Source: Trueperaceae bacterium (GTDB lineage: Bacteria; Deinococcota; Deinococci; Deinococcales; Trueperaceae). Taken from it: a DNA stretch of 64,000 nt. A model generated the notes under the pieces. The model saw only the letters and a program-made list of their open reading frames with translations, was not told the origin of the DNA and searched no databases. Position 1 is the stretch's first letter. Every line of letters begins with the position of its first letter. Position numbers and translations under genes: made by a program. Positions 1 to 10,118 of the stretch are shown piece after piece. The stretch is from contig OZ243927.1 of NCBI GenBank assembly GCA_965213925.1, positions 1,312,001-1,376,000 of the forward strand, read 5' to 3'.

Positions 1-1131
1 GCAGCCGAGCGGATGCCCCAGAGCGATAGCTCCGCCGTTCACGTTGGTGACAGCTTCGCTTAGACCAAGTTCGCGGAGCACGGCGACCGCTTGCGCCGCG
101 AACGCCTCGTTGAGTTCGGCTAGGTCGATGTCGCCCACGCTGAGACCCGTGCGCTTCAAGAGCTTGCGCGCCGCGTGAACCGGCCCTAACCCCATCACTC
201 GCGGGTCCACGCCCGCCGCCGCCGAGCCGACCCACCTAGCGAGAGGCTCGACGCCGAGTTCTTCCGCTTTAGACGCCGACATCAGGACCAGTGCGCACGC
301 GCCGTCGTTTAGGCCGCTCGAGTTCCCCGCCGTCACGCTTCCCCCTTTCCGAAAAGCAGGTCTTAACTTGCCGAGTTTCTCCAGACTCGTCGTGACCTCG
401 AAACCGTTCTCTGTCTCCGCGTAAAAAGGATGCTCGTCTACGCCAAAGACGATAGGCTCCCCCTTGCGTTGCGGAATCTCGACGGGGACGATCTGGGTGT
501 CGAAGTGCCCCTCTTTCATCGCGTTCACCGCCCGCTCCTGGCTCTGCAGCGCAAACCTGTCTTGGTCTTCCCTGGTGATTTCGCCCCCCTCAAGCTCGCC
601 CGCGCAGCTCAGCGCCACAATGTTCTCCGCTGTTTCGCCCATCGCCTCTAAAGGGTAGCGCGCCGCCAGCTCAGGGTTCGGGTAGCGCCAGCCGAGCGTC
701 GTGTCCCAGCCGGTGATGTTGCCGGGAGGTCCGAAGCCGACCGGGTTTTTAGGAACGGAGTAGGGCGCGCGCGTCATGCTCTCGACGCCGCCCGCGACGT
801 AGACCTCGCCCTCGCCGCACCGAATCGCCCGCGCCGCCTGGTTGACCGCATTCAGCCCGCTCGCGCAGAGCCGGTTCAGCGTGACGCCGCCGACCTGCTC
901 GGGGAGCCCCGCCAATAGGAGCGCCATGCGCGCCACATTGCGGTTATCTTCACCCGCTTGGTTAGCGCAACCTAGATAGACCTCTTCGATGAGGGCGGGG
1001 TCGACGTTTGCTCTACTTACCGCCTCTTTGATGACTAAACTTGCCAAGTCGTCGGGACGCACGCTCGAGAGTGCCCCCCGTATCTTGCCGATAGGTGTCC
1101 TGACTGCGCTGACGATGACGACCTCTTGCAT
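1..1131 (-). CDS. Acetyl-CoA C-acyltransferase (thiolase, PcaF/PaaJ-like), 3' end runs off the window
   Basis: Minus strand read from ATG 1131: [30 protein letters not shown]...[17 protein letters not shown]...NRLCASG...[10 protein letters not shown]...[13 protein letters not shown]...ELNEAFAAQ...[23 protein letters not shown] just upstream. Absent from the ORF track because there is no stop codon in the window. Confidence 0.93.
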   Translation of the reverse strand, partial: MQEVVIVSAVRTPIGKIRGALSSVRPDDLASLVIKEAVSRANVDPALIEEVYLGCANQAGEDNRNVARMALLLAGLPEQVGGVTLNRLCASGLNAVNQAARAIRCGEGEVYVAGGVESMTRAPYSVPKNPVGFGPPGNITGWDTTLGWRYPNPELAARYPLEAMGETAENIVALSCAGELEGGEITREDQDRFALQSQERAVNAMKEGHFDTQIVPVEIPQRKGEPIVFGVDEHPFYAETENGFEVTTSLEKLGKLRPAFRKGGSVTAGNSSGLNDGACALVLMSASKAEELGVEPLARWVGSAAAGVDPRVMGLGPVHAARKLLKRTGLSVGDIDLAELNEAFAAQAVAVLRELGLSEAVTNVNGGAIALGHPLGC

Positions 1132-1366
1132 AGACCTCCTAGACGAATAGACAGAATGACAAGTAAGTTTACGTCGCAGCGCCTAGCTAACGCTGTACTT
1201 AAAACGGTGTACCACGTCTCGCGCACAGCGTACGAAGTTTATGGGCAAGGCGATTGCATGAGTCTCGAGTCCCTACTAAAAATGAAACCTTTAGTAGAGA
1301 GGGTTCAAAATCAAAATGGTCAAGCAGTGCTAGGTTGCTGTAGGCGTTCATCGGGTACACTGAAGG

Positions 1367-1546
1367 ATGTTCGAACAAGCTTGGCAAGGCTACGCTTACC
1401 TTGCGCTCCTCATCCTCTGGCTCATCACCATCGCTTTTCGCTTTGTCCCTGCGCTTTACGAGCGCTACCCCAAACTGCAACAGAACGCGCAGTGGGCGGG
1501 TTGGGCGGCGCTTTTGGGCATCATCGCCATCACGATGATGCGTTAG
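1367..1546 (+). CDS. Small (59 aa) predicted two-helix membrane protein
   Basis: MFEQAWQGYAYLALLILWLITIAFRFVPALYERYPKLQQNAQWAGWAALLGIIAITMMR*; TACACT -10-like box 5 nt before the ATG (leaderless pattern); below the ORF-track size cut-off. Confidence 0.6.
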   Translation: MFEQAWQGYAYLALLILWLITIAFRFVPALYERYPKLQQNAQWAGWAALLGIIAITMMR

Positions 1547-2519
1547 GGCTACTCTTGCGTGCGGCGCGGTAGAGCGCCCCTATGGTGCGCATGTTCGCGG
1601 CGGCTTCGCTCACCGGGTAGCGGAGCGGCTTGCTCTCTAAGACGCACGCGGCGAAGTGCTCCGCCATCTTTTTATAGGGGTCCTCAGCGGGAGTGCGGTG
1701 CGTTTTGTCCTCTTGACCTGCGCGCTTTTCGACGATGAGCGCCTCCTTATGCTTCGATGTAAAGGCGTCCGTAAGCTCGAGGCTCCCCGCGCTGCCGATG
1801 ACCTCGACGAATTCGCGCCTCTCTAGCGCCAAGCCGCAGTCGATCTGCGCCAAAACACCGTTCGGAAAACGTAGCGCGCCCACTAAAACTTCGTCCACCC
1901 CTGTCCCTGACCAATGGGCATACGCCTGTACGCTGGTCGGTTCTTCGCCTGCTAGCGTGCGGCTTATGTTGACGCAGTAGCAGCCGACGTCGTAGAGTGC
2001 GCCGCCGCCTAAACCCTCCTGCCAGCGGATGTCGTCCTCGCGGCTCAGCTTGAAGCTGAAGGTGCTGCGGATCAGCCTAAGCTCGCCGATAGTGCCTCTC
2101 TCCAACAACTCGGTGAGTTTGGCGAAGCGCGGATGGAAGCGGTACATAAACGCTTCCATGAGCATTGCGCCGTTCTCTTCGGCGACCGCCGCCATCTCGT
2201 CGCATTCTTGCGCGTCGACGCCTAGAGGTTTTTCGCACAGGACGTGCTTGCCCGCGCTCAGCGCTTTGGTCGTCCATTCCTTGTGCAAGCTGTTGGGCAG
2301 GGGATTATAAACCGCGTCTATGTCGGACGCTAGCATCTCCTCATAAGACCCATAGGCTTGCGGAATAGCCAGGTCCTTAGCGACCTCTTGCGCTTTGTCT
2401 TGGGTGCGGCTCGAGACCGCAACAACTTCTCCATTGGACGACGCTTGCAGCGCCGGAATCACCGACTTCACCCCAATTTTTGCCGTACTTAGAACGCCCC
2501 AGCGTAACTTTTTCGCCAC
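1530..2519 (-). CDS. Gfo/Idh/MocA family oxidoreductase
   Basis: LRWGVLSTAKIG, AGKHVLCEKP, EAFMYRFHP and GGGALYDVGCY motifs. Confidence 0.92.
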   Translation of the reverse strand: MAKKLRWGVLSTAKIGVKSVIPALQASSNGEVVAVSSRTQDKAQEVAKDLAIPQAYGSYEEMLASDIDAVYNPLPNSLHKEWTTKALSAGKHVLCEKPLGVDAQECDEMAAVAEENGAMLMEAFMYRFHPRFAKLTELLERGTIGELRLIRSTFSFKLSREDDIRWQEGLGGGALYDVGCYCVNISRTLAGEEPTSVQAYAHWSGTGVDEVLVGALRFPNGVLAQIDCGLALERREFVEVIGSAGSLELTDAFTSKHKEALIVEKRAGQEDKTHRTPAEDPYKKMAEHFAACVLESKPLRYPVSEAAANMRTIGALYRAARKSSPNASS

Positions 2520-2577
2520 GTTTCACCTCACTTGGAATGTTATGACTCAAACGTGGCTGAGTGTACCGTATTCATAG

Positions 2578-3378
2578 CTAAGGCGTATGCGCCAAACCTC
2601 CGGCGACGGCGCGCAAAAAGGTCGCGCTGCGGCGCACCCCTTCCGCGCCCCCCGTTACTTCCAGACAGATGGTTCCCGAAAAGTTGCGCAAAAAGGTCGC
2701 GTAGCGGTGATAGGGCAGCGTTCCCTCATTTAGCGGCTTGTGCAAGTCCGCCGCGCCGTCGTTGCTATGCACGTGCAAGTGGATGATGCGCTCGCCTAAA
2801 ACGCCTAAGTAGCGCTCCGTGAGGTCACGCTCGCCCGTGCGTCCTGCTTCGACGTAAGCGTGACCAAAGTCTAAGCAGTTGTGAAAGCCGGCGCTCCCCG
2901 TAAGGTCTCTGAGCGCTTCGGGACCGTGGATGAGGTCTTGCGGGCTCAGGGCGATATTCTCGACGGCGATAGGAACGACTTCGCTAAACTCGGCAAACGA
3001 TTTACTTAGCGCTTTTTGCGCGTAGCTCACCGCTAAAGGGTGGTACACGGAGTTCTGACCTGTATGCAGCACGCCGCAGAGTGCGCCCAACTCGGCGGCA
3101 CCCCCTAGCGCACGCTCAACGCGCTCCACCGCGTTATTGCGCGCGCTCGGCACGAGCGAGGCGAGGTTTAAGTCCACGAAGGGAAGGTGGACACTGACGC
3201 CGACGCCTGTAGCATAGCTCAGCTCCTTGGTACGTTCTAACAGACCGGCGTCCGGCAAAATTTCGAAGATTTCCCACGCTAGTTCGACGAAGGTAAAATC
3301 CAGCTCGGCGGCGAGCTTGAAGGCGTCCTCGAGGTCTAAAACGGACGCGGTAGAGGGGCTGTAACCCAGGTTCATCAC
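2578..3378 (-). CDS. Sugar phosphate isomerase/epimerase (AP endonuclease 2 TIM-barrel family)
   Basis: SVHLPF, VLHTG, AVENI, CLDFGHA, HLHVHSNDG and DLH metal-binding motifs. Confidence 0.85.
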   Translation of the reverse strand: MMNLGYSPSTASVLDLEDAFKLAAELDFTFVELAWEIFEILPDAGLLERTKELSYATGVGVSVHLPFVDLNLASLVPSARNNAVERVERALGGAAELGALCGVLHTGQNSVYHPLAVSYAQKALSKSFAEFSEVVPIAVENIALSPQDLIHGPEALRDLTGSAGFHNCLDFGHAYVEAGRTGERDLTERYLGVLGERIIHLHVHSNDGAADLHKPLNEGTLPYHRYATFLRNFSGTICLEVTGGAEGVRRSATFLRAVAGGLAHTP

Positions 3379-3543
3379 ACTCTCCTTACAGGGCTAAGTA
3401 CCGTGTTTCTGCCTAACTTTATCGCGAGATGGGCTCTGAAGATGTGACGAGTGTGTTGGGTTTTAGGAGGCTAAGGATTGAGCGCTCAAGTTGAAATAGT
3501 TCCAAAAGGAAAGATAATACACTGTCAGCTAAAAACTGAATTA

Positions 3544-3655
3544 TGTCATTCTGAGTGTAACGGAGTGAAGCGAAAGAATCTCGTCTCGCAATCTCAGCTC
3601 GTCGAGATTGCGAGTTACAGAATTTTGGCAATAGCCAAACGAGACCCTTCGACAA
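3544..3655. repeat. REP-like element (TGTCATTCTGAG...GAATCTC type) with an internal hairpin
   Basis: TGTCATTCTGAG...CGAAAGAATCTC at 3544-3582; 11-bp stem CTCGCAATCTC/GAGATTGCGAG at 3585-3614; degenerate counter-copy GAGACCCTTCGACAA at 3641-3655. Confidence 0.55.
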
Positions 3656-3811
3656 CCGGGCTTCGCCGTACTTCGTGAACAGTGTGACAATAGTGTTGCA
3701 AAACTCACCTATACAGTGTAATAGGTGGTCTTAATAAAATAAAATCGCAGGTCCCACGTCCGCGTCTATCCGCTCGGTGAGACCTGCTAACTGTAAAGCT
3801 CTCGGGTCAAC

Positions 3812-4000
3812 CTATGACGCGAGTTTATGCGCTTCGACGCAGACGATGTCGAAGTAGAACTCGCGCTCTTTAAGCGCCGCCGTGTTGACGATGATGCCGT
3901 TCGGTCCGTGCCAGAAGTCCGCGTCTAGGGTGTCTTGCTGCCAAACTTCGGTGGGCTTGAGCGGGGTTGCTTGGTCGGTGATGGTTTGATGGTTCTGCAT
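3812..4000 (-). CDS. Small hypothetical protein (62 aa)
   Basis: GGGAGG RBS upstream of ATG 4000; protein-like composition; fills an otherwise empty gap. Confidence 0.65.
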   Translation of the reverse strand: MQNHQTITDQATPLKPTEVWQQDTLDADFWHGPNGIIVNTAALKEREFYFDIVCVEAHKLAS

Positions 4001-4163
4001 AGTGGTGCCTCCCTTAGAGTTTGAAGCAGGACGCTCTCCCTGTGCCGCTGCTATCTACTACAGAATGTAACAAACCCTATGACTGCACCCTGACAGGTTC
4101 TTAACACCGTCTGTGACGTGTAATCTAGCTCCCACCGTGTGAGGTTATCGTCAAAATGTAACG

Positions 4164-6488
4164 CTAGTCCCTTTTTGCGAGTTTGCTTTTCAAGAGGTCC
4201 TGGACAAGCTGCGGGTTGGCGGTGCCTTTCGTCTCGCGCATGACCTGACCAACAAAAAAGCCTAGAAGCCCGGTCTTGCCACCCCTATACGCCTCGACCT
4301 TGTCGGGATTGTTAGCGATGATGCCGTCGACGATGGGCTCTAGTTCGCCCGTGTTAGTGACTTGCTCGAGACCCTCTCGCTGGATGATATTCGTTGGATT
4401 TTCGCCCGTTTGGAGCATCGTTTCAAAGACATCTTTAGCACTTCTTTTAGAGATTGTCTCTTCGTCTGTAAGCGACACGAGCGAGGCGAGTTGCGGCGGT
4501 GTCACGCGCAAATCCTCCAGGGACACCTCTTTAAGTTCGCGCAGGAGTTCGTTTACAATCCAATTGGCGACACTTTGGGGGTTGTTATGGGTCTTTAGTG
4601 CCCGCTCGAAAAAGCTTGCCAACGCTAAGTTACCCGCTAAAATCTGCGCGTCGTCACGGCTTAGCTTGAGTTGAACTGTGTAATACTCGAGCTTTTCCTG
4701 CTGCTCGGGTGAGAACTCGAGCGTAGGGTCTTTCGGCTCGCCTAGCGCCGAAGCGACCTGAACGCGCTTGGGTTTAGTCTCACGCTGCTTTTGCGGTTCC
4801 CGCTCCTCTTGCTTCGCCCACGAGTCGCGCAGGGGCACGATGCGGTTGAAAACGAGCCCGTCCGCTTTCGAATCCACCGAATCTTGCACGAAGTACCCCT
4901 GCCGCTCGAACTGATAGCGCGCTTTGGGCGGGTCATCCGCCACGCTCGGCTCGACGAAACCTCTTTGCGTGACAAGCGAGTCGGGGTTGAGGTAATCCGT
5001 AAAGGTGCCCTCTTCAGCTTCAGGATTGGGCACGCTGAATAGTCTGTCATAGAGGCGCACTTCTGCCCTTAGTGCGTGCTTCGCCGAAACCCAATGTACG
5101 GTTCCCTTAACTTTGCGACCCTGCGGATTTCTCCCGAGCGTCTCGGGGTCATACGAGCAGCGCAACTCGCTCACGTTGCCCTTGGCGTCTTTGATGACCT
5201 CATCGCAACGAATAACGTAGGCGTAGCGTAGCCGCACCTCTCCCCCCGGCGAGAGGCGGTAGAAACCTTTAGGGGGGGTCTCGGAGAAGTCTTCGCGCTC
5301 GAGGTAGAGTTCTCTGGAGAAAGGAACTTTACGAGACCCCTCGTTCGGCACGTCGTGGGGCCAGTAGGGAGCCCCCAACCATTCCTCACCACCTTCTGAG
5401 TAGTTCGTCAGAACGACTTTGATGGGGTCTAAAACCGCCATGACGCGGGGCGCTCTCGTGTTGAGGTCGTCGCGAATGGCGTACTCCAAGAGCGCGATAT
5501 CCACCGTGCGGTTCGTGCGCGAGATGCCCACACGAGACGCAAACTCCCGAATCGCCGCCGGTCTCACGCCGCGCCGCCGCATCCCCGCGAGCGTCGGCAT
5601 ACGCGGGTCGTCCCAGCCGCTGACGTGACCTTCTTGAATCAGTTGAATCAACTTGCGCTTACTCACCACCGTGTATTCGATGCTGCGCCGCCCGAACTCG
5701 TGCTGATAGGGGCGCGGCGAGCCGATAAGGTGTGTCATTAGCCAATCGTAGACGGCGCGGTTCTCGACGAACTCTAAAGAGCAGAGGCTGTGCGTGACCC
5801 CTTCGATGGCGTCTGAGAGAGGATGCTGAAAGTCGTACATGGGGTAGATGGGCCATTCGTTCCCTGTACGATAATGCTTTTCAAAGCGGATGCGGTAGAG
5901 CAGCGGGTCGCGCATCTTCATGTTCGGGTTCGCCATATCGATTTTCGCCCGCAAGACGTGTGCACCTTCGGGGAAGTCGCCGCGCCGCATCCCCTTGAAC
6001 AGCTCCAAATTCTCCTCCACCGAGCGGTTTCGGTACGGGCTCTCGCGCCCCGCCTCCGTCACCGTGCCCCTATAGTCTTGAATCTCCTCTTCGGACAGAC
6101 TGTCCACATACGCTTTGCCCTCTTCGATGAGCCGCAGCGCGAACTCATAAAGCTGCTCGAAGTAGTCCGACGCAAAGAAGAGCCTGTCGTCCCAGTTCCA
6201 ACCCAGCCAGCGAAAGTCGCGCTCTAAAGATTCGGCGAATTCCATACGCTCCGTGGTTGGATTGGTATCGTCGAAGCGCAAGTTACAACGACCACCGTAG
6301 TCGCCCGCGACGCCGAAGTTGATAAAGCTCGCAATGGCGTGACCCAGGTGGGCGTAGCCGTTGGGCTCGGGCGGAAAGCGCGTCACGACCTCTTGCACCC
6401 TGCCCGTCTCCAAGTCCTCGTCGATGATGTCGGTGATGAAGTTCGGGGTGACGGTGCGCTCTCGTTCTGTCGCGGTGTCCATACTCAT
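4164..6488 (-). CDS. glnS: Glutamine--tRNA ligase with C-terminal Yqey/GatB-like domain
   Basis: TRFPPEPNGYAHLGH, LRFDDTNP, GWDDPRMPT, QFERQGYF; C-terminus VEAYRGGKTGLLGFFVGQVMRETKGTANP is GatB/Yqey-like. Confidence 0.97.
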   Translation of the reverse strand: MSMDTATERERTVTPNFITDIIDEDLETGRVQEVVTRFPPEPNGYAHLGHAIASFINFGVAGDYGGRCNLRFDDTNPTTERMEFAESLERDFRWLGWNWDDRLFFASDYFEQLYEFALRLIEEGKAYVDSLSEEEIQDYRGTVTEAGRESPYRNRSVEENLELFKGMRRGDFPEGAHVLRAKIDMANPNMKMRDPLLYRIRFEKHYRTGNEWPIYPMYDFQHPLSDAIEGVTHSLCSLEFVENRAVYDWLMTHLIGSPRPYQHEFGRRSIEYTVVSKRKLIQLIQEGHVSGWDDPRMPTLAGMRRRGVRPAAIREFASRVGISRTNRTVDIALLEYAIRDDLNTRAPRVMAVLDPIKVVLTNYSEGGEEWLGAPYWPHDVPNEGSRKVPFSRELYLEREDFSETPPKGFYRLSPGGEVRLRYAYVIRCDEVIKDAKGNVSELRCSYDPETLGRNPQGRKVKGTVHWVSAKHALRAEVRLYDRLFSVPNPEAEEGTFTDYLNPDSLVTQRGFVEPSVADDPPKARYQFERQGYFVQDSVDSKADGLVFNRIVPLRDSWAKQEEREPQKQRETKPKRVQVASALGEPKDPTLEFSPEQQEKLEYYTVQLKLSRDDAQILAGNLALASFFERALKTHNNPQSVANWIVNELLRELKEVSLEDLRVTPPQLASLVSLTDEETISKRSAKDVFETMLQTGENPTNIIQREGLEQVTNTGELEPIVDGIIANNPDKVEAYRGGKTGLLGFFVGQVMRETKGTANPQLVQDLLKSKLAKRD

Positions 6489-6581
6489 CCTTTCACGCTA
6501 CCACTGCGGGAGGTGAAGAGGTGTAAAAGCATGATAGGATTTGTTCCCTTTATCTTCGGGGTCAGTGCAAGAGGTGTATTT

Positions 6582-7142
6582 ATGAAAGCGTCAGTTTATA
6601 TCGCAACGAGTTTGGACGAATTTATCGCTAGGGAAAACGGCGAGCTTGACTGGTTAGAAGGCAGCGGGGAAGAGGTCAACGAAGAAGATAAAAGCGCAGA
6701 ATCTCGAGGCGAAGATTACGGCTACAAAGATTTTACGGGCAGTGTGGACGCGCTCGTGATGGGACGACACACCTTTGACAAGGTGCTTTCTTTCGGTGAA
6801 TGGGCGTACGGTGACAAACCCGTTGTCGTACTGAGTAGCCGCCCTTTGGAGATTCCAGAACACCTATCCCGAACCGTGGAAGCGGTGTCCGGCTCACCGG
6901 AAGAGGTCGCGGCGTGGCTTTCAGAGCGGGGCGTGAAGCACCTCTACACCGATGGGGGAGAGACCGTTCAGCGGTTTTTACGGATGGGGTTGATTCAGCG
7001 CTTTGTCATCACGAGAATTCCTGTCCTCATCGGCGCGGGCATTCCGCTTTTCGGACCTCTTGATGGAGACATCAAATTGCGTCACGTTCGAACGCAGAGT
7101 TACCCGAGCGGCTTCGTGCAGAGCGAGTACGAGATTGTTTGA
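6582..7142 (+). CDS. Dihydrofolate reductase-like (RibD C-terminal) family protein
   Basis: YIATSLD.FIA, LVMGRHTF, DGGETVQ, IPVLIGAGIPLF; GAGG RBS before ATG 6582. Confidence 0.9.
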   Translation: MKASVYIATSLDEFIARENGELDWLEGSGEEVNEEDKSAESRGEDYGYKDFTGSVDALVMGRHTFDKVLSFGEWAYGDKPVVVLSSRPLEIPEHLSRTVEAVSGSPEEVAAWLSERGVKHLYTDGGETVQRFLRMGLIQRFVITRIPVLIGAGIPLFGPLDGDIKLRHVRTQSYPSGFVQSEYEIV

Positions 7143-7181
7143 CCCCTTACTCTCGAGGCTGTGAAGTTCTAAAGCTCGAGT

Positions 7182-7640
7182 CTAAACCACAGGTTCGGCG
7201 GTAGGAGCCCCAAACACCTTGCTGAACGTGAACGCTTCAGGTGTGGGACCTTCTCGGGCGATTCGCTCCAACTTCTCTTTCGCCTCGTCCAACGTCGGCA
7301 TGTGCCCCGCCGGAACCCACCACATCGCCAGATGAGGTTTGCCCAACTTCGTAAACCACTTCTTTCGCTCTTTGAACACTTCCACGTGCATAGTTTTGTA
7401 GGTGAAGTCTCTGAGCGTCTGAACGTCCTCCCACACCGACATATTGATAATCAGCATCGGGTCATCAAACACGCGCAGGTTCAAAGCGTCGCCGTCATCC
7501 GTTTGCAGCCGCCATACGAAGCCGGGCGCGTCGTCTGCAAGTGCGTTGATTTCATCTAATCTCGAGACGAAGCCGTGCATGATGGGGTCATCCATCTCGG
7601 CTAAGGCTTTGGCGATGTTGATCTGAGCGAGGTGGGGCAT
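7182..7640 (-). CDS. DUF3291 domain protein
   Basis: HLAQINIA, INALADDAPGFVWRLQ, NMSVWE, MWWVPAGH.PT, GPTPEAFTF. Confidence 0.88.
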   Translation of the reverse strand: MPHLAQINIAKALAEMDDPIMHGFVSRLDEINALADDAPGFVWRLQTDDGDALNLRVFDDPMLIINMSVWEDVQTLRDFTYKTMHVEVFKERKKWFTKLGKPHLAMWWVPAGHMPTLDEAKEKLERIAREGPTPEAFTFSKVFGAPTAEPVV

Positions 7641-7798
7641 ACTGACCTCTCTTGCTTTACACTCTGCGATGACTTGGTGTTACTTATTGAGAGCAATGAG
7701 TACCGAGCAACGAGCAATCCAGTCGAGCTGGTGGCTTTAGCTTCCGCAGGAACGAACGGTGAGTGAAAACCTTTAGACTCATTGCTCATCGCTTTCAA

Positions 7799-8425
7799 CT
7801 AAGTTCGCTGCTTCCCTTCAAATGTCTTCCTGAGCCGCTCAGCTAGTGGCGCTTCTAAAGCGCGTTCCAACGCTGCCGGGTCGGGGTCCTTGGCGAAGTA
7901 GAGGGCGTTGGTCTCGAGCAATCCCACCCCATCATCCTTAGGTTTGTGCGTGACCTCTTCACCCGCTCGCACCGTACCTGTTTGGATCACCCGCGTATAA
8001 AATCCAGGGCGCTCCGCTTGCCGAAACCTCTTGACGAAGGAGAGGTCGTTCATCTTGGCGGCGAAGACGCGGCAGGGGAAGCGCGGCGCAGTAACCTCTA
8101 AGATGACTTCTTGGAACTCGAGCCTATCCCCAATCTTGACCTCTTGCGGAAACTCCGAGAGCGTCAGGTTTTCGCCGAATATGCCGGGAGGAAGGTCGCG
8201 CCCCAACTGCTCGGACCACCAAGCGTAGTCTTCCGCGCTGTACACATAAACGGCTTGGTCCACGCCGCCGTGATTCTTCTTATCGGCTTGGTCGTCGCCC
8301 TGAAAGCCTTCACGGGTGAGCGTGACGGGTTCTTGTGCGGGCATTTTGAATATCCCGGTCGAGACCATCTCATCATCGACGGGAATGGGTTTGGGCAACC
8401 CTATATTCACCGCTAAGACTTTCAT
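7799..8425 (-). CDS. MOSC domain protein (YiiM-like)
   Basis: GDDQADKKNHGG.DQAVY, FGENLT, TAPRFPC, RPGFYTRV. Confidence 0.92.
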   Translation of the reverse strand: MKVLAVNIGLPKPIPVDDEMVSTGIFKMPAQEPVTLTREGFQGDDQADKKNHGGVDQAVYVYSAEDYAWWSEQLGRDLPPGIFGENLTLSEFPQEVKIGDRLEFQEVILEVTAPRFPCRVFAAKMNDLSFVKRFRQAERPGFYTRVIQTGTVRAGEEVTHKPKDDGVGLLETNALYFAKDPDPAALERALEAPLAERLRKTFEGKQRT

Positions 8426-9841
8426 TCAAGCCGCCTCACGCAGCGCCTCTTTGAATTCCGTCACGAGCTGCGACACGGTCGCTTTGGCGTCGCCGAAGAG
8501 CATCCTCGCGTTCTCCTTGAAGAAGAGCGGGTTCTCCACCCCCGAAAAGCCCGCGCTCATCGAGCGTTTCAGGATAAAGACGTTGCGCGCTAAGTCCACG
8601 TTGATGATGGGCATCCCGTAGAGCGGGCTGCCCGCATCCTCGCGCGCCGCCGGGTTCACCACGTCGTTCGCGCCGATGACCACCGCCACGTCTACCGTAT
8701 CCATCGTCGGGTTCACGTCTTCGGGCTCGACGAGCTGCTCGTAGGGCACGTTCGCCTCGGCTAAGAGGACGTTCATGTGACCGGGCATCCGCCCCGCGAC
8801 GGGGTGAATGGCGTAGCGGACCTCTGCGCCGTTCGCCTCCAGGAGTTCGGCTAGCTCGCGGACCGCGTGCTGCGCCTGCGCCACCGCCATGCCGTAGCCG
8901 GGGACGAAGAGGATGCTACTGGCGGCCTCGAGCATAAAGTACGCATCGTCCGCCGAGATAGGCTTAGCCTCGCCCTCGACTTGGGCGCTGCTGCTCGAGG
9001 CTGTCGTCGCGTACCCCGCGAAGAGTACATTCGCCAGGGAGCGGTTCATCGCCTTACACATGATGCTCGTGAGGATGATGCCGCTCGCGCCGACGAGCGA
9101 GCCTGCCACGATGAGCACGTTATTCGCGATAATGAAGCCCGCCATACTCGCCGCGATACCGGAGTACGAGTTGAGCAAAGCCACCACGATGGGCATGTCC
9201 GCCCCGCCGATGGGAATGACGAGCAACACGCCCAGCGCGAGCGAGGCGAGGATGGAGAGAACGAGCAAGAAATAGGCGAGCCCCGTACCGGGATTGAGGC
9301 AGAAGAGTATGCCCAGTACGAGGATGAGCCCGAAAAGCCCGGCGTTGTAGAGGTTTTGATTGGCAAACTTGATCGGCTGACCAGGAATGCGCCCGGCGAG
9401 CTTGCCGAAAGCGACCAGCGAGCCCGTGAAGGCGACGCCGCCGATGAGCACGGCTAAAAAGATAGCGGCAGCGGTAAAGGCGTCGATGGTCACCAGGGGC
9501 TCCGCAAAGCGCTGGTGATACTCCGCCCAGCCGACGAGCAAACTGGCGACGCCGCCCGAGCCGTTAAAGAGCGCCACCATCTCGGGCATCTCGGTCATCT
9601 GCACGGTGCGCGCCGCGTACACGCCTATCGCCGTACCGATAACCAACCCGACAAGAATCCACGTAAAGGAGAGCCCGCCGACGAGCAGCGTGGCGACCAC
9701 CGCCACGAGCATCCCCACCGCCGAGACGAAGTTGCCTTGCCGCGCGGTCTCAGGGCGACCCAACATCTTGAGCCCGTAGATAAAGAGGATGGAGGCGACG
9801 ATGTAGGCGATGTTGATGAAAGAATCCACCCTAGCGCCCAC
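8426..9841 (-). CDS. pntB: NAD(P) transhydrogenase beta subunit
   Basis: MPEMVALFNG, IGGADMPIVVALLNSYSG, VPGYGMAVAQAQH, IHPVAGRMPGHMNVLLAEA. Confidence 0.97.
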   Translation of the reverse strand: MGARVDSFINIAYIVASILFIYGLKMLGRPETARQGNFVSAVGMLVAVVATLLVGGLSFTWILVGLVIGTAIGVYAARTVQMTEMPEMVALFNGSGGVASLLVGWAEYHQRFAEPLVTIDAFTAAAIFLAVLIGGVAFTGSLVAFGKLAGRIPGQPIKFANQNLYNAGLFGLILVLGILFCLNPGTGLAYFLLVLSILASLALGVLLVIPIGGADMPIVVALLNSYSGIAASMAGFIIANNVLIVAGSLVGASGIILTSIMCKAMNRSLANVLFAGYATTASSSSAQVEGEAKPISADDAYFMLEAASSILFVPGYGMAVAQAQHAVRELAELLEANGAEVRYAIHPVAGRMPGHMNVLLAEANVPYEQLVEPEDVNPTMDTVDVAVVIGANDVVNPAAREDAGSPLYGMPIINVDLARNVFILKRSMSAGFSGVENPLFFKENARMLFGDAKATVSQLVTEFKEALREAA

Positions 9842-10118
9842 CCTTTTTGAACATGCCGAGCATCCGGTCAGTCACTAAATAGCCGCCAACTACGTTGACG
9901 GTCGCAAAAATCACCGCGAGCGTTCCCAAAATCGTGCCGAAGACGCCGCCCGTCCCCGCCGCGATGATCGCGCCGACTATCGTAATGCCCGAAATCGCGT
10001 TCGAGCCCGACATCAGCGGGGTGTGGAGTTGCGAGGGAACTTTGGTGATGAGTTCGCGTCCTAAAAAGATGGACAAGACGAAGATAAATAGGAGTAAAAG
10101 GGTGAGTTCGGCGCTCAT
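9831..10118 (-). CDS. pntAB: NAD(P) transhydrogenase alpha subunit part 2 (membrane)
   Basis: LHTPLMSGSNAISG...NVVGGYLVTDRML. Confidence 0.95.
   Translation of the reverse strand: MSAELTLLLLFIFVLSIFLGRELITKVPSQLHTPLMSGSNAISGITIVGAIIAAGTGGVFGTILGTLAVIFATVNVVGGYLVTDRMLGMFKKGGR

Noticed and set aside
1126..1572. 148-aa ORF, and 1199-1480 on the minus strand
   Set aside because: Not protein-like; the 59-aa ORF in another frame has a better start context and composition
3419..3678. Short ORFs 3419-3655 and 3478-3678
   Set aside because: They translate REP-like repeat DNA (RDSFASLRYTQND) and lack a start context
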